Part shown: piece after piece, positions 15,386-25,964 of the stretch | Layout: every line of letters starts with the position of its first letter | How positions within the stretch are numbered: position 1 is the stretch's first letter | Origin: Candidatus Omnitrophota bacterium | Lineage (GTDB): Bacteria > Omnitrophota > Gorgyraeia > 2-01-FULL-45-10 | Direction: 5' to 3' | Assembly (NCBI GenBank): GCA_003142795.1 | Contig: PLNN01000024.1 | Location: forward strand, 1,078 to 65,077 | Length of the DNA: 64,000 nucleotides | The notes under the pieces: model-generated | Told to the model about the DNA's origin: nothing | The model's database searches: none | Seen by the model: the letters and a program-made list of their open reading frames with translations, nothing else | Position numbers and translations under genes: made by a program

Positions 15386-17446
15386 ATGGGAATCCTTGAA
15401 CCAAGCGGTATCAGGAATATCATACTTCTGGGCCATTCCGGTTGCGGCAAGACCTCTTTGGCCGAGGCCATGCTTTACGCGGGCGGCGCCATACCCAAGA
15501 TGGGCAAGGTCGATGAAGGCAATACAATTTCGGATTATAACGAAGACGAGAAAGGGAAGAAGCATTCCGCAAGCTCATCCCTCATGAGCTTTGCATACAA
15601 TTCAAAGAAGATAAATATAATAGACATCCCCGGTTATACGGATTTTGTGGGAGAGATGATAGGCGGCCTGGCAGCTGCCGATGCCTGCATAGTTGTAGTC
15701 AATGCAACAGGCGGCATAGAGATAGGTACTGAGCGCGCATACAGGATGGCGATGGAAAAGGGAGTTCCCTGCATCTTCTTCATAAACATGCTCGACAAAG
15801 AGTATTCCGATTACGACAAATGCTTTGATGACATTAAGAAAAAATTCAGAAAACACTGCGTTGCCGTGGATGTTCCCGTGGGGAAAGAAGCGGCATTGAA
15901 AGATGTCGTAAATATAGTGAACCGTAAAGGGCTCGATACGCTCTCCGATGCCGATAAGGCGCACGCCAAAGGCCTTGCCGACGAACTTGCCGAAGCCGTT
16001 GCCGAGACCGACGATGCGTTACTCGAAAAATATCTTGATAAGGGAGAATTGCCGCTCGAAGACCTGAATAACGCTTTCAAAAAAGCCGTTGTGAAAGGCG
16101 ACGTAACGCCCATACTTTGCGGCTCGGCCCTGCGGAATGTGGGCATCAAAGAACTCCTGGAAATGACGGTGAATTATCTTCCGTCGCCCGCTGACAGGCC
16201 GGCGGTAGCGGCAGTCAAGCCGGACACGGGCGAAAAGGTGACTGTAGCGATAGATCCTAACGGCCCGTTCGCGGGGCTCGTTTTCAAGACCTTATCCGAC
16301 CCTTTCTTGGGTCAGATATCGCTCTTCAAGGTATATTCCGGCAAACTTCAATCTAACGGCAGTTTTTATAATGTAACTAAAGGCGTAAAAGAAAAGATCG
16401 GCGCTATATTCACTCTCATGGGCAAGACTCAGATACCGATGGATTTCGCGCTGGCCGGAGACATAGCGTGCGTCTGCAAACTGAAAGAGACACAGACCGG
16501 CGACTCGATAGCCGATGAAAAAAATCCGGTAAAGTTCGAAGATATACAATTCCCGGAACCCGCCATCTCTTTTTCGCTGAAACCTAAGACAAGAGCGGAT
16601 GAAGATAAGATATCCACCGCGATCCATAAGATAAGCGCCGAGGACCCGACTTTCAGGATGACCAGGGATGAGCAGACCAAAGAGATGATAGTCTCCGGTA
16701 TGGGCGACGTGCATATCAATACGATGATAAACAGGATGAAGATGCGCTACGGGGTCCAGGTCGAGGTCGGTACGCCAAAGGTTGCTTACAAAGAGACCAT
16801 AATGAGTAAGGGCGATGCCCAGTACAGGCATAAGAAGCAGACGGGCGGCGCCGGGCAGTTTGCGGAAGTGTGGATGCGCATAGAGCCGCTTCCGCGTGGT
16901 ACGGGTTTTGAATTTGTCAACGAAGTCGTGGGTGGGGCAATACCGAGGCCTTTTATCGTGTCATGCGAGAAAGGTGTAAGGATGGCTTTGCAGTCCGGTG
17001 GTATGGCAGGTTATCCGGTCGTCGATGTCAGGGCCATAGTATATGACGGAAAGACGCATCCGGTCGATTCCAAAGATATAGCTTTCCAGACGGCGGCGCG
17101 CCACGCGTTCAAGGAATCTATGGAGAAGGCAAAGCCGGTCCTTCTGGAGCCGATAATGGATGTCGATATTGCGGTGCCCGATGAGTTCATGGGGGACATA
17201 ACGGGAAGCCTGAATTCCAGGCGGGGCAGGGTAATGGGGATGGAGCCGGGAGACGGTGTGCAGACGATAAAAGCGAAAGTTCCGCTTGAAGAGATGTATA
17301 AATATGTGAATGAGCTGAAGTCTATTACAGGCGGCCGCGGCACGTATTCGATGAACTTTTCGCATTATGAGATAGTGCCGTCCGTCCAGGCGCAGGCTAT
17401 TATGGAAAAAGCGAAGCATAACAAGAAAGAGGAAGTGGAGGAATAA
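15386..17446 (+). CDS. fusA: Elongation factor G paralog (EF-G2 type)
   Basis: Full EF-G domain set (GMGDVHI, KKQTGGAGQFA, LLEPIM) with divergent G motifs; not in the str operon. Confidence 0.9.
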   Translation: MGILEPSGIRNIILLGHSGCGKTSLAEAMLYAGGAIPKMGKVDEGNTISDYNEDEKGKKHSASSSLMSFAYNSKKINIIDIPGYTDFVGEMIGGLAAADACIVVVNATGGIEIGTERAYRMAMEKGVPCIFFINMLDKEYSDYDKCFDDIKKKFRKHCVAVDVPVGKEAALKDVVNIVNRKGLDTLSDADKAHAKGLADELAEAVAETDDALLEKYLDKGELPLEDLNNAFKKAVVKGDVTPILCGSALRNVGIKELLEMTVNYLPSPADRPAVAAVKPDTGEKVTVAIDPNGPFAGLVFKTLSDPFLGQISLFKVYSGKLQSNGSFYNVTKGVKEKIGAIFTLMGKTQIPMDFALAGDIACVCKLKETQTGDSIADEKNPVKFEDIQFPEPAISFSLKPKTRADEDKISTAIHKISAEDPTFRMTRDEQTKEMIVSGMGDVHINTMINRMKMRYGVQVEVGTPKVAYKETIMSKGDAQYRHKKQTGGAGQFAEVWMRIEPLPRGTGFEFVNEVVGGAIPRPFIVSCEKGVRMALQSGGMAGYPVVDVRAIVYDGKTHPVDSKDIAFQTAARHAFKESMEKAKPVLLEPIMDVDIAVPDEFMGDITGSLNSRRGRVMGMEPGDGVQTIKAKVPLEEMYKYVNELKSITGGRGTYSMNFSHYEIVPSVQAQAIMEKAKHNKKEEVEE

Positions 17447-18183
17447 TGAGCGGACATTCAAAATGGGCGACGATCAAACACAAGAAAGCTGCGACAGACG
17501 CAAAACGCGGTTCCTTGTTCACGAAACTGATAAAAGAAATAACGGTGGCGGCAAGATCAGGCGGTAAGCCCGAATCGAACCCGCGCCTGAGGGTTGCCAT
17601 CGAAAGAGGAAAAGAAGCGAGCATGCCTGCGGAAAACATCGAGCGCGCCATAAAAAAAGGGACCGGAGAGCTGGAGGGCGTAAGCTATGAAGATATAACG
17701 CTCGAAGGTTACGGCCCGGGCGGGATCGCGATCTACGTAGAAGGCGTCAGTGATAATAAGAACAGGACGACAAGCGAGGTGAGGACTATATTCACCAAAA
17801 AAGGCGGGAATATGGCAGGGGCAGGTTCCGTCGCGTGGATGTTCGAGAAGAAGGGGTATATCGTTGTAAGTAAAAAGACGATCGACGAAGATAAGTTGAT
17901 GGGCATAGTCCTTGATGCCGGCGCGGAAGACATGGTCGTGGAAGACGAGAATTACGCGATAACGACATCGCCCACAGAATTATTCAAGGTCAAGAAGGCG
18001 CTCGACGACAATTCCATAAAGACAGAGGACTCTGAGATCACGCGGATCCCGAAAACAACGGTTAAAGTGATAGGAGACGAAGCCAAAAAGGTCCTGGATC
18101 TGGTAAATTCTCTCGAAGAACACGAGGATGTCCAGCATGTCTATGCTAACTTTGACTTACCAGACGACCTGCTGAAGGAATAA
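17446..18183 (+). CDS. yebC: YebC/PmpR family protein
   Basis: MSGHSKWATIKHKK, EGYGPGG, DNKNRT. Confidence 0.96.
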   Translation: MSGHSKWATIKHKKAATDAKRGSLFTKLIKEITVAARSGGKPESNPRLRVAIERGKEASMPAENIERAIKKGTGELEGVSYEDITLEGYGPGGIAIYVEGVSDNKNRTTSEVRTIFTKKGGNMAGAGSVAWMFEKKGYIVVSKKTIDEDKLMGIVLDAGAEDMVVEDENYAITTSPTELFKVKKALDDNSIKTEDSEITRIPKTTVKVIGDEAKKVLDLVNSLEEHEDVQHVYANFDLPDDLLKE

Positions 18184-18274
18184 TTCTGCTACGCTACTCC
18201 AATTAGACCGTGATGGAGCTTCGCAGCAATCGCTCCGAAGCTTCACTACGGTAAGACCATTGCAGCGAAGGAGG
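18181..18274. repeat. Intergenic fold-back element between yebC and ruvC
   Basis: ACCGT..GGAGCTTCG-C-AGC-AATC-GCT-C-CGAAGCTTC..ACGGT hairpin (18207-18252) inside a CGCT/AGCG outer stem. Confidence 0.65.
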
Positions 18275-18277
18275 ATA

Positions 18278-18760
18278 ATGCGGATACTCGGAATAGATCC
18301 GGGACTGAATACGACCGGATATGGGATAATCGAAGACGGGACGTTCAAACTGGTCGAGGCGGGTATAATCAAGACCAGGGCGAATACCCCGATCCAGGAC
18401 AGGATAAATAAGATATTCGACGAAATATCCGTTTTGATAGAAGAGCACAAGCCGGGCGTCCTGGTCCTCGAAAAGATATACTCGCACTACAAGCATCCCA
18501 CCACCGCAATACTGATGGCCCACGCCCGTGCAATGGCATGCCTGGTTTGCGGTAAATTCGACGTTAAGCTGGTGAATTATCCTTCCACCAGGATCAAGAA
18601 AGCCATAACGGGCAACGGGCACGCTTCAAAAGAGCAGGTCCAGCGCATGGTCCAGGGCATATTGAAACTGAAAGTTCCGCCGGAGCCTGTCGATGTGAGT
18701 GACGCGCTGGCAATGGCGATGAGTTATTGTTATATAGAAAATGGGCCGAGGGTAGGATGA
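18278..18760 (+). CDS. ruvC: Holliday junction resolvase RuvC
   Basis: ILGIDPG, GNGHASKEQVQ, DVSDALA. Confidence 0.96.
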   Translation: MRILGIDPGLNTTGYGIIEDGTFKLVEAGIIKTRANTPIQDRINKIFDEISVLIEEHKPGVLVLEKIYSHYKHPTTAILMAHARAMACLVCGKFDVKLVNYPSTRIKKAITGNGHASKEQVQRMVQGILKLKVPPEPVDVSDALAMAMSYCYIENGPRVG

Positions 18761-19392
18761 TCTCGCAGATATCGGGAAAGATAAAGAAGAGGAAACAGTC
18801 GAGCGTTGTCGTAGACGTGAACGGGATATCGTATGAGGTGATGATACCGCCGTCCGTGATGCGCGGACTGGATAAGTGCGATAGCGCAGACGGCGTCGTA
18901 ACGCTCATAACATATCATTACTACCAGATGGACCCATCGAAGGCGATACCCGTCCTTGTAGGCTTCGCGAACGAGATAGAAAAGGAATTTTTCGAGCAAT
19001 TCATAACCGTTTCAGGCGTCGGGCCGAAAGCGGCGTGCAGGGCGCTGACTTTATCGATATCAGAGATAGCGGGCGCTATCGACAGAGGCGACATGGCAGT
19101 CCTGAAAAAGCTGCCGGGGATAGGCGACCAGAAGGCACGCGAGATAATAGCTAAACTCCAGGGTAAGGTCGGTAAGTTCGGCCTTCTTCAGGATAACGCC
19201 GGAGGCATCCACGCATCTGTAAAAGAAGATATAAAAGAAGAAGCCTTGAACGTGCTTTTACAGCTGCAGTATAAGAGGAACGAGGCGGGCGAAATGATCG
19301 ATAAGGCGATCAAACGCAATCCGAAATTGACAACGTGCGAAGAGATATTGAATGAAGTGTATAAAGGGTCTAGGGCCCAGATAAAGATATAA
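18757..19392 (+). CDS. ruvA: Holliday junction DNA-binding protein RuvA
   Basis: VDVNGISYEV, VSGVGPK, LPGIG HhH motifs. Confidence 0.95.
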   Translation: MISQISGKIKKRKQSSVVVDVNGISYEVMIPPSVMRGLDKCDSADGVVTLITYHYYQMDPSKAIPVLVGFANEIEKEFFEQFITVSGVGPKAACRALTLSISEIAGAIDRGDMAVLKKLPGIGDQKAREIIAKLQGKVGKFGLLQDNAGGIHASVKEDIKEEALNVLLQLQYKRNEAGEMIDKAIKRNPKLTTCEEILNEVYKGSRAQIKI

Positions 19393-20453
19393 TGAAAAAA
19401 GATATCGAAAAAAAGAAAGTAATGCCGGCGGGACGGGAAAAGCTTATTGCGACCCAGGAGACGGACGAAGACCTGATCCTGAATATTTCGCTTCGGCCTT
19501 CGAAGCTGACCGATTTTGTCGGCCAGAAGGAACTGGTCGAGAACCTTAAGGTTTCCCTCGAGGCTGCAAAGAAACGGCGCGAGCCTATGGAGCACACACT
19601 CCTTTCAGGCCCCCCGGGTCTAGGCAAGACGTCATTGGCGCATATTATCGCTCATGAGATGGGCACAAAAATAACCGCGACGAGCGGTCCCGCTGTGCAG
19701 CGGGCCGGCGACCTGGTGGGTGTCCTGACAAACCTTGAAGAAGGCGACGTTCTGTTCATCGACGAGATCCACAGGCTTTCAAAGACCGTCGAAGAATACA
19801 TATACCCTGCAATGGAAAATTTTGAGATAGACGTGATAATGGATAAAGGCGCTTACGCCAGGACATACAAATTCAATCTAAAACGTTTTACGCTGATCGG
19901 CGCCACGACGCGCGCAGGCCTTCTCACTGCTCCCTTAAGGTCGAGGTTCGGCATATTCCATCATCTCGATTTTTATGAAATAGGCGACCTGGTAAAGATA
20001 ATAATGCGTTCGGCAAAAATACTCAATATCCCGGTCGATGATGATGCGACCGTCGAGATATCGAGGCGCTCCAGGGGATCGCCGAGAGTGGCTAACAGGC
20101 TCCTCAGGCGCGTCAGGGACTGGGCGCAGGTAAAGAAAGACGGCAAGATCACCATGGAAGCGACTGAGGAGGCATTGAAGAGCCACGGCATAGATAAGAT
20201 GGGGCTTGATAATGTGGACAGGAAGGTTATCAGCGTAATGCACGAATCTTTCGCAGGCGGGCCTGTAGGGATCGAATCGATCGCCGCGACGCTGAACGAA
20301 GAGCCGGATACGATAGTAGATATAGTGGAGCCTTTTCTGTTAAAGATAGGATTTTTAAAGAGAACCCCTCGCGGCAGAGAGCTTACAAAGTCCGCTTATG
20401 ATCACATGGGTTTTTCCCGTAACGCAAAAGAAGCTCAGAAAGAGATGTTTTGA
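19392..20453 (+). CDS. ruvB: Holliday junction helicase RuvB
   Basis: GPPGLGKT, FIDEIHRL, GATTRAG, RTPRGR. Confidence 0.97.
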   Translation: MKKDIEKKKVMPAGREKLIATQETDEDLILNISLRPSKLTDFVGQKELVENLKVSLEAAKKRREPMEHTLLSGPPGLGKTSLAHIIAHEMGTKITATSGPAVQRAGDLVGVLTNLEEGDVLFIDEIHRLSKTVEEYIYPAMENFEIDVIMDKGAYARTYKFNLKRFTLIGATTRAGLLTAPLRSRFGIFHHLDFYEIGDLVKIIMRSAKILNIPVDDDATVEISRRSRGSPRVANRLLRRVRDWAQVKKDGKITMEATEEALKSHGIDKMGLDNVDRKVISVMHESFAGGPVGIESIAATLNEEPDTIVDIVEPFLLKIGFLKRTPRGRELTKSAYDHMGFSRNAKEAQKEMF

Positions 20454-20459
20454 AAATTA

Positions 20460-21008
20460 ATGAATATATTATTACATATATGCTGCGCTCCGTGTACCAT
20501 CTTTCCTTTAGAGGATATCAGGAAGGAAGGCCATAAGGCCGCCGGGTTTTTTTATAATCCCAATATACATCCTTATTCGGAATACATCAGGCGCAGGGAC
20601 GCCGTTGAAAAGTTTGCGATAGAGACGGCTTTAAACGTTATCGTATCCGATTATGACGTAGAAAAGTATTTTGAATTCGTCATATATAATGAGGCGCCGA
20701 AAAAAAGATGCGCTGTCTGCTGGTGGCTGCGGCTGGAGAGGGCCGCTCTTTTTGCCAAAGAGAACGGTTTTGACGCGTTCACGACAACTCTATTGGGCAG
20801 CCCTTACCAGGACAACGAGACCCTAAAAAGAATAGGCGAGGACGTGGCGGAGAAGGCAGGAATAAAATTTTACTACAAGGATTTCAGGCCCGGGTTCAGC
20901 AAGGCGCGCGAAACGGCGAAGTCAAAAGGCATGTACCTTCAGAATTATTGCGGATGTATTTTCTCGGAGATGGAAAAGCTGGAGAAGAAGGGTTCAGGGA
21001 AACGATGA
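20460..21008 (+). CDS. queH: Epoxyqueuosine reductase QueH
   Basis: LLHICCAPC, YNPNIHP, QNYCGC. Confidence 0.93.
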   Translation: MNILLHICCAPCTIFPLEDIRKEGHKAAGFFYNPNIHPYSEYIRRRDAVEKFAIETALNVIVSDYDVEKYFEFVIYNEAPKKRCAVCWWLRLERAALFAKENGFDAFTTTLLGSPYQDNETLKRIGEDVAEKAGIKFYYKDFRPGFSKARETAKSKGMYLQNYCGCIFSEMEKLEKKGSGKR

Positions 21009-22162
21009 AGAAAATATTTTATACAGTTTTGGCGCTCACATTACTCAGTTCTTTTGTTTTGGGCCCTCTGGTTTGGGCGGATGGTTCGGATACCGTGATG
21101 AGGGTGCTGATAATAGATGATAAGCCGTCCGTTTTTCTGGCGCTGAAAGGAAAATACAAAATATCCGAGATAAATTCGGGCAGGATTTTGATGGAGGGCC
21201 CGTACCTTGACGCCCAGATCGCCGGAACAAAAACAGGTCTTCGTATCGGAAATAAAGAGTCAAACGTCTACGGCTTCAAGGTCAAAGTATTACGCGATTC
21301 GAATATTTATGTCGATGGAAGAAGATTTAGGGGCGATATCGATATCATAAGAAAAGATAATTTGAAACTTGAGGTGATAAATTACATAGGTCTGGATGAT
21401 TATCTTTACGGAGTATTATATCATGAGGTTTCGCATCGCTGGCCCCTGGAAGTTTTAAAAGCACAGGCGATCGCGGCAAGGACGTTCGCCCTGTATCAGG
21501 CTAAACAGAATAAATCTCAACCCTACGATCTCCGGAGCGACATATATTCCCAGGTTTACGGAGGAAGAACGTCGGAGAAGTGGTCGACTACGCATGCCGT
21601 CGATGTTACAAGGGGGAGGGTATTGGCGTATAACGGGGACATCCTGCCGGCATATTATCACGCTACATGCGCCGGTTTTACCGAAGATGCCGTAAATCTC
21701 TGGAATGTGGACCTGCCGCCCCTAAAAGGCGTGAGCTGTAATTTTTGCGTGTATTCTCCGCATTATAAGTGGACCAAAAATATCGCTCTCTGGGACCTGG
21801 CGCGTAAGTTAAAAGACGCTAATTATAAAATAGATAAAATAGCGTCTGTGAATATTTTGTCAAAGAATAGGTCCGGGAGGGTGGACAAACTGGAAATAAA
21901 AGATGATACCGGGGTGGCCATAGTGCTGACCGGGAAAGATTTCAGGCAGATGATGGGCCCAAATGAGCTGCGCAGCACTAAGTTCGATTCTTCGATAAAA
22001 GGGAATAATCTGGTCCTTTCCGGTTTCGGCTGGGGACATGGCGTAGGCATGTGCCAGTGGGGGGCCTTCGAGATGGCCAAGCAGGGCAAAAAGGCGGAAG
22101 AGATCCTCCAGTATTACTATCCCGGCGCTGAGATCACAACTATCGATAAGGTGAAGCAGTAA
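21005..22162 (+). CDS. SpoIID/LytB domain protein
   Basis: EALKAQAIAARTF-like motif (LEVLKAQAIAARTFA), SQVYGG, GHGVGMCQWGA, ILQYYYPG; signal peptide. Confidence 0.92.
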   Translation: MKKIFYTVLALTLLSSFVLGPLVWADGSDTVMRVLIIDDKPSVFLALKGKYKISEINSGRILMEGPYLDAQIAGTKTGLRIGNKESNVYGFKVKVLRDSNIYVDGRRFRGDIDIIRKDNLKLEVINYIGLDDYLYGVLYHEVSHRWPLEVLKAQAIAARTFALYQAKQNKSQPYDLRSDIYSQVYGGRTSEKWSTTHAVDVTRGRVLAYNGDILPAYYHATCAGFTEDAVNLWNVDLPPLKGVSCNFCVYSPHYKWTKNIALWDLARKLKDANYKIDKIASVNILSKNRSGRVDKLEIKDDTGVAIVLTGKDFRQMMGPNELRSTKFDSSIKGNNLVLSGFGWGHGVGMCQWGAFEMAKQGKKAEEILQYYYPGAEITTIDKVKQ

Positions 22163-22336
22163 AATTTTTCGATGCCCGTGGTAGAATGTGCTGTGTCGAG
22201 TGGTTCGCAGGGACGCTCAATTTTGGACCATGCCAAAATTTTCGCTCGGAAAACTTGCGCGAACGCTGTCGCGCAAGTTTTAACGCCTGAGCTCACCACA
22301 TCGCCACATCACATTCCTGGGGATGTGAAAAATTTT
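22161..22336. repeat. Fold-back element, copy B
   Basis: Near-identical to 2144-2311; starts within the TAA stop of the spoIID-like gene. Confidence 0.85.
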
Positions 22337-22368
22337 CATTTTGCAAAGACAAGGTCAGCTAAGAAGAT

Positions 22369-22938
22369 ATGAAGCAGAGACACATAAAAAAAGACGAGAT
22401 TTTTCGAATTTATCAAGCAACAGGCATTAATTATTTACGTTTTTTAATTCCAACTGTAATAACTATTTGCTTGTTAAGTAGTTACATTTATATAGGCCAA
22501 GGAATAAAAAAAGATTTTTTTACAACTTTTCTTATAAGTACACTTTTGCTTTTTGGATATGGCACGTATAAAACTTTGGTTTGCCCGCAACCTCTTATTT
22601 GGGGTACAAAACATGGCTTGTGGTTAAATATTGTTCCGTTTAACAAAGGTTATTTCGTTCCCTGGGTAGATCTTTATTCGGCTGAGTCTGATCAAATAGT
22701 GCATCGATATAGTAAGTATGATTTACTTGCGAAGTCTAGTCCGCCCCTAAAAATATTAGGAACAATGCAAGACGACCGTTTATTAAAGATACAGTTAGCA
22801 TTAAACAGTATGTCGGGATTGCCGATTTTCCGCAAAAATGTTATTATGTGCGACAAAGAAACTCTATGGTTTCGTGTCGCAGGAGATATTATTAATCACG
22901 TGAACGAAATTAAGAGGTATAGAGATTTAGCGAGATAG
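22369..22938 (+). CDS. AT-rich hypothetical membrane protein (2 TM plus soluble domain)
   Basis: 189 aa ORF; composition differs from flanking housekeeping genes. Confidence 0.6.
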   Translation: MKQRHIKKDEIFRIYQATGINYLRFLIPTVITICLLSSYIYIGQGIKKDFFTTFLISTLLLFGYGTYKTLVCPQPLIWGTKHGLWLNIVPFNKGYFVPWVDLYSAESDQIVHRYSKYDLLAKSSPPLKILGTMQDDRLLKIQLALNSMSGLPIFRKNVIMCDKETLWFRVAGDIINHVNEIKRYRDLAR

Positions 22939-23126
22939 GTATATAGCAGCGCCTCGTATAAAAATATTTCTAACCTGGTTAGATTTGGCAGGTTAGTAGA
23001 CCTAATCCGAAGTTATGTGAGCACAACGAAAATTTTAGGCTGACGAATTTTAATTAAGACACGCGCGTGGCTTGACGCAGATTGTGTCTGGGGTTGATAA
23101 AAGTATCAAGATATTCATGTAGCTGT

Positions 23127-23324
23127 TAAATGGCCGACTGGCCATGGGGGTTGAGCCGAATAGATTTTGCGACCATATGCTCTACCACTAAACTATATAT
23201 AGAAGAGTTACCATCACAGTAAAGTATAAAAGTTTTAATTAAGTAAAGACTAAAAATTCATGAGAGCAAAATCCGGCGAAGCCCCCTGGCCTGGCGGCCA
23301 TTTATGGGAGAAGGCGAAAAATTT
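23127..23324. repeat. Fold-back element, divergent copy C
   Basis: TAAATGGCCG..GGCCA.GGGGG..GCCG..GATTTTGC (23127-23170) pairs with GCAAAATC-CGGC..CCCCC-TGGCC..CGGCCATTTA (23266-23304); ends CGAAAAATTT. Confidence 0.65.
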
Positions 23325-23338
23325 CAAAATGAGAGACC

Positions 23339-24364
23339 ATGAAACTATCCGAATTTGATTATAACCTACCCAAAGAACTGATCGCCCAGTATCCAGTCGA
23401 AAAGCGCGAGAAGTGCAGGCTGATGGTGCTTGACAGGAAGGCGGGCGCATCTTCTCACAAGACCTTCGAGGATATTACAGCCCATTTCAACAGCGGCGAT
23501 CTGTTGGTGCTGAATAATACTAAAGTTATCCCTGCAAGACTTTTCGGTAAGCGCCAGACGGGCGGTAAGGTCGAATTATTTTTGCTGGAGAGTAAAGGCC
23601 AGATTTGCGAAGCGCTCGTCAGGCCTTCGGGACGTCTTAAAGAAGGCGAGAGGATAACGCTTGAATCCGGAGATGAGGCAGAGATCCTGGGCTGGGGCGC
23701 TGTAGGAAGGATGGTTAAATTCAGCCGTCCTTTGAATGGAATAATGGAAACTGCCGGGCACGTTCCGCTTCCTCCTTACATAGACAGGGCCGACGAAGAA
23801 TGCGACAGGCATGATTATCAGACCGTCTATGCCGAGCGCGAGGGCGCGACGGCAAGTCCGACAGCGGGCTTGCATTTTACCAAAGAACTATTGGATAGGG
23901 TTACGGGTAAAGGGATAAGGATCGCGTATGTGACGCTGCATACGAATTACGGGACGTTTGCGCCCGTGAAGACGGACGATGTCGAGGGGCATGTGATGCA
24001 TAAGGAATATTTTGAGCTCCCGGAAGAGACAAAGAAGGCGGTCCTGGAAACGAAGAAGAGCGGCGGGAAAGTTTTTGCGGTAGGGACTACCACAACGCGC
24101 GTCCTGGAATATTGCGCCAGGTCCGATGAATATTACGGTTTAAGGATGAAGGCGCTGTGCGGTTATACCGATATGTTCATTTATCCCGGGTATAAATTCG
24201 CGGTAGTGGACCGCCTCATAACGAATTTTCACCTTCCGAAGTCGACACTGATGCTCCTGGTCAGCGCGTTTGCCGGGAAAGACCTCATATTTAAGGCCTA
24301 CGCGGAAGCAGTCAAAGACCGCTACAGGTTCTTCAGCTATGGCGATTCCATGCTGATAGTGTAA
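23339..24364 (+). CDS. queA: S-adenosylmethionine:tRNA ribosyltransferase-isomerase
   Basis: FDYNLPKELIAQ, PLPPYI, PTAGLHF, TNFHLPKSTL, FFSYGD. Confidence 0.97.
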   Translation: MKLSEFDYNLPKELIAQYPVEKREKCRLMVLDRKAGASSHKTFEDITAHFNSGDLLVLNNTKVIPARLFGKRQTGGKVELFLLESKGQICEALVRPSGRLKEGERITLESGDEAEILGWGAVGRMVKFSRPLNGIMETAGHVPLPPYIDRADEECDRHDYQTVYAEREGATASPTAGLHFTKELLDRVTGKGIRIAYVTLHTNYGTFAPVKTDDVEGHVMHKEYFELPEETKKAVLETKKSGGKVFAVGTTTTRVLEYCARSDEYYGLRMKALCGYTDMFIYPGYKFAVVDRLITNFHLPKSTLMLLVSAFAGKDLIFKAYAEAVKDRYRFFSYGDSMLIV

Positions 24365-24544
24365 AATTTTTCGTTTTAAGCCGATAGGGCAGATTGACCG
24401 GCAGGGGCCCTTTCGGCTAATTTTGTGGCTCGCTGCAATTGGTATGTACAAGATTTGTATCATTCAATTGCGACGCTCGCTCACAAAATTTAACGCCTCA
24501 AGGGCACCCTGCCGGTATCTGCCCCTGACGTATCGAAAAATTTT
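24363..24544. repeat. Fold-back element, divergent copy D
   Basis: AAAATTTTTCG...CTGACGTATCGAAAAATTTT ends; nested stems GGGCAGAT/ATCTGCCC, ACCGGCAGGG/CCCTGCCGGT, GCCCTT/AAGGGC, AATTTTGTG/CACAAAATT, GCAATTG/CAATTGC. Confidence 0.85.
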
Positions 24545-24557
24545 ATTGAGAGAGTGA

Positions 24558-25673
<1,116 letters not shown>

Positions 25674-25685
25674 AGGAGAATCAAG

Positions 25686-25964
25686 ATGGGTCAGTCGATG
25701 AACATGACGTTTATATTGCAGTTTGCTTTGATAATAGTGGTATTCTATTTCCTCCTGTTCAGGCCTCAGAAAAAGGCGCAGGACGCGCACAAGAAGATGG
25801 TAGCCGGCCTTAAGAAGAATGACGAGGTCATAACATCCGGCGGCATTCACGGCACAATAATGAACATCAAGGATCATACGCTTATACTAAAATTAGACGA
25901 TAATGTAAAGGTCGAGATCCAAAAGAGCCATATCTCGACGATGAAAAGAAAAGCGGGGGAATAA
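25686..25964 (+). CDS. yajC: Preprotein translocase subunit YajC
   Basis: FYFLLFRPQKK, DEVITSGGIHG. Confidence 0.95.
   Translation: MGQSMNMTFILQFALIIVVFYFLLFRPQKKAQDAHKKMVAGLKKNDEVITSGGIHGTIMNIKDHTLILKLDDNVKVEIQKSHISTMKRKAGE

Noticed and set aside
23140-23202. tRNA on the minus strand (TAGTTTAGTGGTAGAGCA resembles a D-arm)
   Set aside because: No pairing acceptor stem, no GTTCRA T-loop, and too short; at most a remnant or chance match.
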